A stretch of 20,000 nucleotides of DNA. It comes from Picochlorum sp. SENEW3 (taxonomy: Eukaryota). The stretch lies in contig CP120455.1 of the NCBI GenBank assembly GCA_034226945.1, forward strand, positions 1,237,192 to 1,257,191, in the 5' to 3' direction. Below are positions 1 to 8,524 of the stretch, piece by piece; position 1 is the stretch's first letter, and every line of letters starts with the position of its first letter. The notes beneath the pieces were generated by a model. That model saw only the letters and a program-made list of their open reading frames with translations, made no database searches and was not told the DNA's origin. The position numbers and the translations under genes are program-made.

Positions 1-130
1 GGTGGTGCTGATTGCGATTTCGACATTGGGTGGGTTTGAATGGCCTGCCAGGCCACGGAACGATATCTGCTGAGAGATAGATAGAGAGATACCGCTGATC
101 ATGCGCATGAGTATTGTGAATACGTAAGAT

Positions 131-1234
131 ATGGAGAATCTGGGAGAGGGGGTGACGGGAGTGTGCTTCCCTGTGTCCGTCTGCATGTTGCTTACAGTCT
201 TCCTAGTCAAGACGCTCAACCCCGTTGGAAGGAGCAACGCTGATGCGGTGTACATTGCATCGATTTACTACCATGAGGATGCCTCGGATTCAATTTGGAC
301 GAAATTTGAAGGGTCCATGATCAATGCCATGGCATTTGTGGTGATTGTTGCTGCCATGACCTATGGGCTTGTCCTGCTGCTCAAGCATGGGTATACCAAG
401 TGGATTTTTTACTACTTGGGATTCTCGGGGTTTACGACATTTTTTGTAATTTCTGGTGCAATCATTTTAGAATTGTTACAAAGGGCTGAGATTGGTGTGG
501 ACTGGGTTTCTTTCGTCATCCTCCTCACAAACTTTGCACTTGTAGGCGGCGTCACTCTCTTTGCCATGCCAGCACCCTTGCTGCTCAAACAGACATATTT
601 GATCGTCCTTTCATGCTCTGTGGCCTACATTTTCACCTTTATACCAGAATGGACGGCATGGGTTCTATTGCTGGGTATGTCTGCGTATGACTTGTTTGCT
701 GTTCTGGTGGATGTGGGCCCACTGAAAAAGTTGGTGGAGCTTGCGGAGGAGAGGGACGAGGACATTCCAGCGCTTGTGTATCAATCAAGGCCGTCCACAT
801 CGAAGAATGTGTCTCGAGAACGAACAGAAACTGACTATGCTGTTGTGCCAGAGCGGGAAGGCGCGGGAATGTCGAGCCCTCGGCCACAGGAGGGCGGAGA
901 AGAAGAAGCAGACAACGAGCCTCTTGTTCAGGTGGAAGAAGAGGCCGATGGCCATCGACATTCGCTGAGTGGCATCAAATTAGGCCTGGGAGATTTCATT
1001 TTCTATTCAGTTTTGGTTGGTCGAGCAGCAATGTTCGATACGCTCACGACGGCTGCATGTTTTGTCGCCATCTTGGCAGGCCTGGGATGCACCCTCTTGT
1101 GGCTCTCAATCTCGAGAAGGGCCCTCCCAGCGTTGCCAATCAGTGTGGCTCTTGCCACGCTGTTCTACTTCTTGTCTAGATTTGCATTGGAACCTGTAAT
1201 TATGCCTATGGTGTGTAACATGGTATATTTTTAA
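131..1234 (+). CDS. PSEN: Presenilin (gamma-secretase catalytic subunit, peptidase family A22A), plant/green-algal type, intronless
   Basis: 367-aa ATG-TAA ORF with multiple TM segments, catalytic YD motif (SAYDLFAVL), acidic cytosolic loop, KLGLGDFIFYSVLVGRA (GxGD) and ALPALP (PAL motif). The short N-terminus (LGEGVTGVCFPVSVCM) resembles plant presenilins. Confidence 0.96.
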   Translation: MENLGEGVTGVCFPVSVCMLLTVFLVKTLNPVGRSNADAVYIASIYYHEDASDSIWTKFEGSMINAMAFVVIVAAMTYGLVLLLKHGYTKWIFYYLGFSGFTTFFVISGAIILELLQRAEIGVDWVSFVILLTNFALVGGVTLFAMPAPLLLKQTYLIVLSCSVAYIFTFIPEWTAWVLLLGMSAYDLFAVLVDVGPLKKLVELAEERDEDIPALVYQSRPSTSKNVSRERTETDYAVVPEREGAGMSSPRPQEGGEEEADNEPLVQVEEEADGHRHSLSGIKLGLGDFIFYSVLVGRAAMFDTLTTAACFVAILAGLGCTLLWLSISRRALPALPISVALATLFYFLSRFALEPVIMPMVCNMVYF

Positions 1235-1253
1235 AAAAAAAATCTGTATGAAT

Positions 1254-2717
1254 TCATTCATTGAGAGACTCCATCTCCAAGACGTGTGGGGCATCCTGCT
1301 CCGACAAGCCTCGCTGCAGCCGGTGTTGCATTGCTCTTTCGTCATCTTCTAAGAATCGAAATATGACAATCAGCATAAGACCACATGGGATCCATCCAGC
1401 TGTGGCCCAGAAAAAAGCGCTCTCTCTCCCAAGGCCTGAAATCATGAATGCGACAATGGCTGGTCCAAGCCCTTTTCCAAGGTCATCCAGTGTGGTTTGC
1501 AAGGCCAATGCAACACCTCTCGTTTCGGGCTCATTCACATTCATGATCATCGCCCTTACGTTTGGTCCGACGGTACTGCTCAACATGCCACTCAGCAGGG
1601 CGAAGAAAAAGGACATGCTATAGTGCTGCTTCACATCCCCTTTGACAAGATACCACATGGGAAAGGTTCCCATCACAGTGGATGACCCGATGAATACTGG
1701 CATCAATCGCGGGCTTTTATTGTACAGAAACTGTCCCATTGCACCGCCTCCAATAACGCCGAACGCACCCCCAATCCCAATGGCCAAAACGAGGGAGGTG
1801 GCTGAGGACACTGACAGCCCCTTCTCTTGGGCAAGATAGTCATTCAGAAAGGTCAGAAGCATTCCCCAGGGAAGGCACCCAAAGAGCCCTTGCCCTATAG
1901 AATAGATATTCGTTCGTATCGACATTAAAATCCCAATCTTTTTCATACTGAGCTCGGCATCGTACGAGTAGTGGTGCTTCTTGTCCCGATTCTCCCTCTG
2001 AAATGCCTCCTCTGTGGCCCCTCGCTCTGGTTCCTGGGTCGTCGCGTACATCAACAGCGCTGACACGATAGCCGGCACAGCCACAATAACAAAGGGCCAC
2101 CTCCAACCCAACGCCGGGCCAACATATCCCGCCACGCCCTGCCCAGCAGCGATTCCCGCCCCCACAGCAACCTGCACGACAGCAGACACCAGAGACCTAT
2201 GCCTGTGCACATACATGTCACTCAGCAGGCTGAATATGAGAGGCAAGCAGCCTCCAATTGAGATACCCGTCAAAAGCCGTAGGATGAATAATTGCCAGTA
2301 CTGTGACACAAATATCGTCAACAGACAGGGGCCTTCCCCAAGCAGCACAGCAACCAGAAAGAGCAAGCGCCTGCTCATAAAGTGGGACAAATACCCAAAC
2401 ACCAGGGCAGCTGGAGCACCAAAAATATAAAATGCAGCGCCAATATAGCCCCCTAGATATTTGTCCCTCTCGTGATCATCGAATCCAAACGATTTGGCAA
2501 TCTCAGTCAGATTGGGAGCCATCAAATTCTGGTCCGCAAACAGCAGGGCCGACGTGATGCAGAATATCGCCACCGGATAGATTGAAGAGAATTCCCAGGA
2601 AAATGACACGCATCTCTCCTCCTGCAGCGCAGCGTCAGACGCCTGCACCTGGCCAAGAGAAGAAGACCCAATCAGCGGAGCGCTTTCGCCCGAGCTCTTC
2701 CTAGTGCCCATTCTCAT
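1254..2717 (-). CDS. Major facilitator superfamily transporter, probably spinster-like
   Basis: The listed ORF (1254..2747) opens at TTG; the first in-frame ATG is at 2717. About 12 hydrophobic segments, motif-A-like GYLSHFMSRRLL, RLLTGISIGG, LLSDMY, GWRWPF and EPERG. The subfamily call is from memory of the motif pattern. Confidence 0.88.
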   Translation of the reverse strand: MRMGTRKSSGESAPLIGSSSLGQVQASDAALQEERCVSFSWEFSSIYPVAIFCITSALLFADQNLMAPNLTEIAKSFGFDDHERDKYLGGYIGAAFYIFGAPAALVFGYLSHFMSRRLLFLVAVLLGEGPCLLTIFVSQYWQLFILRLLTGISIGGCLPLIFSLLSDMYVHRHRSLVSAVVQVAVGAGIAAGQGVAGYVGPALGWRWPFVIVAVPAIVSALLMYATTQEPERGATEEAFQRENRDKKHHYSYDAELSMKKIGILMSIRTNIYSIGQGLFGCLPWGMLLTFLNDYLAQEKGLSVSSATSLVLAIGIGGAFGVIGGGAMGQFLYNKSPRLMPVFIGSSTVMGTFPMWYLVKGDVKQHYSMSFFFALLSGMLSSTVGPNVRAMIMNVNEPETRGVALALQTTLDDLGKGLGPAIVAFMISGLGRESAFFWATAGWIPCGLMLIVIFRFLEDDERAMQHRLQRGLSEQDAPHVLEMESLNE

Positions 2718-2976
2718 GGCGCCCGCACCATAGTATCTCGATGACAAAATTCCGATGCGTCGTTCGTATCTCTACTACTGCTGCTGCTACCCTTACGAGA
2801 ACAGACGAGCTTCCGAGGAAATTATTAGTTATTGTCCCATATCGTTCGTTACTATGTTTCTTTCACTATGTTTGATTTTAGTTGTTACACAAGAGTCCAT
2901 ATTGTCAAGAAAGAAAACCAACTAGATGCCATTCGAGGAGATGTCAGCACAGCAGTGAAAAGAAAAAAGAACCGAC

Positions 2977-3487
2977 TCATTCCAGGCCATCCAGAAAGTC
3001 AAATCTCGTCCGTATCAGCCCCTTCATCTTGTCTGCCTCCTGCTCAGCTTTCCTTGCTTGCTTGATCTCCGCCTCGGAGACTCGTTGCAGGCTTGGCGGG
3101 GGGTCTCTCTCCTGGTCTACCTCTCCGAGCAGCACCACATTCTCCCCTCGAATCAAATGCACCCCGAGTTCTATTTCACCAAACTGGTTGCCTACTATTA
3201 TTCTTTCTTTTGCACCTACACGTATATGTGAACATATATGCGTCAGAAAATCAGGTCTGAGATGAAAACAGCGCGTTTCTCTTTAGTAGGATTGCGTATT
3301 GCGAATGTGAAATTCGTGGCTCACCTTCCAGCACTATGTTGGCAAACTGATCGAAAGATCTCATTACCCCAATGACTTTTCTACCATCTCGAAGCTGGAC
3401 CATGAGAAGCTTGTCGAGTTCCTCTACGAGCCCCATGCCTGGGGGAGGAACGTCGTCAATGGACGGTGGCAGCACTATTTGATCCAT
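2977..3487 (-). CDS. LSM1: Sm-like protein LSm1 (mRNA decapping LSm1-7 ring); exons 3487-3325 and 3215-2977, 133 aa
   Basis: Joining the exons (163+239 = 402 nt) gives ...[69 protein letters not shown]... with Sm1 and Sm2 motifs and the LSm1-type C-terminal extension. Confidence 0.93.
3216..3324 (-). other. 109-nt spliceosomal GT-AG intron in LSM1 (phase 1)
   Basis: Donor GAAG|GTGAG at 3324, acceptor TGTAG|GT at 3216, CTGAC branch-point-like motif at 3246-3242. Removal restores the Sm fold reading frame. Confidence 0.92.
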
Positions 3488-4105
3488 TGTTCATCCTCTG
3501 ATACGTATATATGTGCGAGATGGAAATACATAATAACTCCAATGAGTATGATCTTGTTGTCTATCACGTGCAATTTCCTTGCTGGCACACATGTCCATCG
3601 GCTTCCTTGATTTTGGTTGTTGTTTTTTTATGTCGTCTTCTTGACTTGATTCAACAGTAGTTTATTGGAATGACACGCAACAATTACTACAGAAACCCAC
3701 CAGGAGAAAGAGAGGTCCTGGACGTCGGGGCATGTTGCTAAGGCACTGCCGTGGAACGGTCAAGGACACCACTCTCTCGCTCTCGCTCTCACTCTCTCTC
3801 TGGAAGTGGCCATACATGGGTGGTATAATTGGTTTAGGATGAATCATATGAATGGCCCTTCCTGCCCATGGGTGACAGCTCTGCAGGCCCCTCCTCCTCA
3901 TCCCAACCAATGTGACGCGAACGGAATTGACGACGACCATCCATGTTTTTAATGGGGACCCTTTCATTCCTCGTGGTGTCAGCAGGACGTTGTTCCAAGT
4001 ATAATAATGGCATATTCAATGCAATTGAACACCAAACTGATCAATAGACATTCCCAAGTGTTTTTTTTTCTGCTTAATTGAACACAATAAAAATCATGAC
4101 CCATG

Positions 4106-4137
4106 GCCGGTGTGCCGGTGTGCCGGTGTGCCGGTGT
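4106..4137. repeat. (GCCGGTGT)x4 microsatellite
   Basis: Read directly from the sequence; a (GA)n tract follows at ~4172-4195. Confidence 0.9.
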
Positions 4138-5022
4138 GGTCGCCTGTTTTTATTGTGTCTGTTTACGGACGGAGAGAGAGAGAGAGAGAGAGAGACGACG
4201 AGAGAAAAGTACTATGCGTGGTGTCTCCGGTCGAGTGGATGCCAGGAGCGGACACTGTCAGAGAGACCAACACAGACTCTCTACTCCGCTCCCATCAAGT
4301 ACTCCTCCTCCTCTTGAGAGTAATAAACACCAGGATTAACCTGTTACATGGTTCATGTGTCCACAATTTTGCAAGCCAACCACAGATACTCCTCTCAACA
4401 AGCAAGCTTGGCATTAGTTGTTGGCATTCGTGCCAACACACACACAACCATTCGCTTCCTTGAGCTTTGGAGTAGTCTGGCGTCTCCTTGATTTGATTCA
4501 GAGGAGTTGGAATGAAAATCAATGAGCGATTCGTACAGAAACCCACCATAAGAAGGTCCTGGACGTCGGGGCATGTTGCGAAGGTAATGCCGTGGAACGG
4601 TCAAGGACACCACTCTCTCGCTCTCGCTCGCTCTCTGGAAGTAGCCATACATGGGTGGTATAATTGGTTTAGTATGAATCATATTAATGGCCCTTCCTGC
4701 CCATGGGTGACAGCTCTGCAGGCCCCTCCTCCTCTTCCCAACCAATGTGAACGGAATTGACGACGACCACCCACACAGGCTGTGTTTTTAATAGGGACTT
4801 TCATTCGTCGCGGTGTCAGCAGGACGTTGTTCCAAGTATAATCCCATGTTCAATGCAATTGGACACTCTAGTAGACTGATCGACACACATTCCCAGTACC
4901 CAAGAGTTTTTCTGCTGTAATTGAACACAATAAAAAATCGCGACCTTTCAGATTTAACGACAATTTTAACGATTTCACCCGAGTGCTTTCTGCTGTGATT
5001 GAACACAATAAAAAATCGTGAC

Positions 5023-5064
5023 CTTGCCCAACTTGCCAAACTTGTCAAACTTGTCAAACTTGTC
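5023..5064. repeat. 9-bp tandem repeat CTTG(C/T)CAAA, ~4.7 copies
   Basis: cttgcccaa cttgccaaa cttgtcaaa cttgtcaaa cttgtc. Confidence 0.88.
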
Positions 5065-6799
5065 GCGTGGTCGTCTTTTTTTATTGTGTCTTTTTACAGA
5101 CTAAATATCACGACGAGCGTTGTTGCAATTGTTTCTCCGGTCGAATGGATGACAGGAGCGGACACAGTTCAGTGAGAGAGCCACAGGGTCGAACAAGCTA
5201 GCGTGCTCTTGGCACAACACCACCCCACTGTGCCACCCGCCTGCTTGGTTTTCTTTCTTCTGTCGTCTCCTTGACTTGATTCGATACTACTATTTTTAGA
5301 TGGTGGAGTAACAATCAACGATAAAGAAGACACGAACCCACCGAGAGAAGAGGTTCCTGGACGTCGTGGCATGTTGCCATGAAAAAAAACATAGAACATT
5401 AGCTTATGTCACGATGCCAAATTTTTGATGCGTCGAATGTTGCGGCGATTATGAATAATGCGAGAATATTCCTCGCATCACGAGGTATGATGACGCATCC
5501 TGTGAGGTATGCTGTGCCTCCTCCCAGTTGGGGGGCAGTGACGGCAATATTGAGGGGCATTGGATTATATTTATTCCTTCTATGAGGGTAGATAGATCTT
5601 ATCAGGCGATAGTTTGCCCCTAGTATGGAGAGTGCATGTTGTAGGCCTGTGGTTGTGGGATGCAACCTGGGCCTCTTGTGGTGAACCTACCCCTTTGTTT
5701 GTCGTCGAACGTTGCACTTTCCCTGTGTGCTTTCCGCTCTTAATTTTTGTTTTCTTTTTCGAACAGATGGATCGATTTGTCCTGCGAGCCTGGCGTGTGG
5801 CTTCTTCTTTTTTTTTTTTTCTTGCCTCGGTTTTGAGGCTGTGCCTGCTCTTGCAATCATCTTCTCAACTCCTTTTCTTGGTTCTTGTTGCTTGGCGGGC
5901 TTTTGGATCTCAACTATTCGACACGGTGTCAAATACTAGTAGAGCCCCATTCAACAACCAACCTATTGAGGGTGAGCTCAGTCCCTTTCTTGTCACAGGC
6001 TCTTTTTGTATTGTTGTTCCAATCAATGTTGTTGATCTGGTACAGAGACGCATGGGAATACATTCTGTTTGTTCTTTGTTGTCGTTTTGATTGTTGTTGT
6101 GTAGCAGAGAAACCTTTCTTTTTTTTTTCTTTAGTAGTTGTAGCTCCTACATTCATTCATCGAGTTCATAGCAGCATCTCTTGTGATGGCCACATTCCCT
6201 AGTCTTTTGGTGGACAGACAACACCTATCATTTCAATCAAAAACAGATTGAGTCTGCTATATATCTTTTGTTCTTGTATTGTTGATGTACAAGGATACGA
6301 CTACTAGAAATACTGCTCAAAAAGCAGTCGCGTGTCAGGACGGGTAGGGAGTGGTGCATGATTCCCAACAGATCCCTGTGCATGTGTGTGAGTGTCCACA
6401 TCCATCCTTATATTCACACGTTGCCCTACTTACCATACGATAGAATAGATCGATTAGAACATATTTTTTCATCATTCGTGTTATTCTTGTGTTTTCTGAA
6501 TCCACGAATCAGTGTGTGGGTGTGTGTGGAGATATGTATGGAGCTGTTTTGCTGTTTTGTTGGTTGAGTCTGTGGATGGTGGGTGAGCACACATTGTGTG
6601 CTATTGCTATTACTACTCTCTTCGTTGTTTCGTTGTTTCTACCTCTAGAGCAGCAACAGCAGTAACTATTGTTGTTTGTTTTTAGTAAACCGACAGTAAT
6701 AGTAATAGTTGTAGAGAAGAAGAAGAACAAAAGGTGTAGTAGCAGAAGAGGTATCTCGTCAAAGGTCTTGTCTCCATCGGGAGGGGTAGATAGACTGAA

Positions 6800-7280
6800 G
6801 GCATCGGTCCGACAGAGTATTGGACCGATCAGTAAGGTCGGCCTCTTTTCTTTTCTCGCGAGGCATTTCCGTCCGTACATGAGGACAATAAAAAAGGACG
6901 ACCATGAAACCACACGCTTTATCCGCTCGGCCACACTCAGCGTGCTTTTTGTGGCTTTTTTCATCTCCCATCACAAGGGACGTTTGACCGGCAGTGTAGT
7001 TCTCTCCTCCATCAAACACCTCTTCTGATGGGAGCCTGGATACGGAGCACACACAGGTGGAGGAAGAGAGAGCTGTGGAACAGTCTTTAAACACGACGAG
7101 ATCTTCCCCAAAGAAGCGTCGCAATTGTATATATATATTACTATCCTACTACTATTCTATCCTCATTGCAACTCATGAAGTCTAAGTAATTAAGTAAGCG
7201 TTCCATGCATGATGATGATACTGATAGTAGTTGCTTCAGCATTGTAACTGCTGCAACGGTACTCTAGTGCTTGCCACAGC
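6800..7280. repeat. Conserved 'module B' of the composite repeat, copy 1 (others ~10975-11510, ~14188-14730, ~17405-17830; fragments ~11833-11940 and ~18570-18690)
   Basis: Shared colinear anchors GACAATAAAAAA(G/T)GACGACCATG, CGCTCGG(C/G)CACACTCAGCGTGC, CCCATCAC, AAACACGACGA..TCT....AAAGAAGCGTCGCA and ATGAAGT...AGTAA. Confidence 0.88.
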
Positions 7281-8493
7281 TTGGTTCTTGTTGTTGTTGT
7301 GAAGAAGAAGAAGACGATTTCCTTTCATTCTTTTTCTCCTTTCTCTTATAAATTTGTTCTTTTCATATACTTCTTATTATACCTCTCTCTGGTCTTCTTG
7401 TCGCTGTTGTTCTTTGTGGAGACAGACTTCATGGCACCACCTTGTTGTGAAGACGACGATTTGTTTTCATTTCATTCTTGTTCCATGATGTCTTTTCCTT
7501 ATATATTCATTTCACAGTTATTATTCTAACTCTTATATAATAAACTCTTTCTCTATCTCACATGTTGTCTGTGAGTCGAGCTCCAGGTTGTTCTTCTTGT
7601 GTGCTTTGTTGTGTTCTGTTATTATTGGTTGCTATTATTGCTCATGTCGATTGTTGTTGTGCATGTTATAATCATTATTACATTATTACTACTATTATGA
7701 GATATTTACTTTCTTCTTCTTTTGATTGCTTTGCTTCTTTGTTTGTTGGTGTGTTGTCTCGTGTTATTATAGCAGCGGCGGTAGTAGTGGTGGTGGTGGT
7801 GTGAATGCTGGATGGTTGTTGATTTATTGTATTGTTGTTGTTGTTGTTGTGTGGGGTGGCTGTTTTAGACACCCTTGCTTGGTTTGGTTGGTATTTTTTG
7901 GTGGTCCCAGTCAAGTCCTTTAAGAAGTCAAGGGGTGGTGATGGTGACGGGAAGATCGCCATTCTTCTTGTTCCGAGATGCTCCCTCTTCTTCAGACATG
8001 TGGCAGCAGACCACTGTTTGTTTTGCACTGGGTGTGCGACGCTTTTCTTTAATGATGGGTGTTTATTATCATTATTATTTATATTGGTATTCTTCTTCTT
8101 ACTTACTTAATATTGTGTCCTTCTGTTGTTGTTGTTGCTGTTGTTGTGAAGAAGACAGAGATTCTTTCCATTCATGCATAGCATAGTATAGATTGTTGTT
8201 GTGTCATTATGATTATTATGAGATTTGTATCTTTTGATTTTGGTTTTGCTTTGCTAATTTTTGTGTTGGTTGCTGTTGTTGTTGTCTTCTCTTGTTGTTG
8301 TAGTAGTAGGAGGAGGAGGAGGAGCAGTAGTAGTAGCAGAGCTTGTGGTGTGCCGTGTCTTTTGTTGTTGTCGTTGTTGTTGTTGTATATATAGTATAGG
8401 TGCTTATTATACTACTTATTATTCTTCTTGATATTGTATTGTATATTCTCGTTCTTTTGGTGGTGTTTTTGGATGTTTTTTTAGTTGGTGTGT
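7280..8493. repeat. G/T-skewed low-complexity tail of unit I (TTG/TAG/TAT/TTC trinucleotide mosaic)
   Basis: Mosaic of triplet microsatellites, colinear with ~14730-15651 and ~18690-19730. It includes an embedded complex island CCCAGTCAAGTC...GAAGATCGCCATTCTT...CTCTTCTTCAGACA at ~7907, ~15200 and ~19158. Confidence 0.88.
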
Positions 8494-8524
8494 AAAGGGG
8501 TGTTCAGAACCTCAAACTTTTGGC

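Larger units (their letters stand above)
3580..5390. repeat. Diverged tandem repeat, unit ~800-850 bp (approx. 3580-4420, 4420-5210, truncated third copy 5210-5390)
   Basis: Shared anchors AACCCACC...GG(T)TCCTGGACGTCG(G/T)GGCATGTTGC at ~3694, ~4540 and ~5335; GGCCCTTCCTGCCCATGGGTGACAGCTCTGCAGGCCCCTCCTCCTC in copies 1 and 2; TCTCCGGTCGA(G/A)TGGATG(C/A)CAGGAGCGGACAC at ~4224 and ~5133. Confidence 0.88.

Noticed and set aside
639..3265. Short ORFs overlapping the three real genes
   Set aside because: They are shadow or alternative frames of presenilin, the MFS gene and LSM1, with no independent support.
3251..3324. C-terminus of ORF 3251..3487 (EPRISHSQY...)
   Set aside because: This is read-through into the LSM1 intron; splicing gives the proper Sm2 motif.
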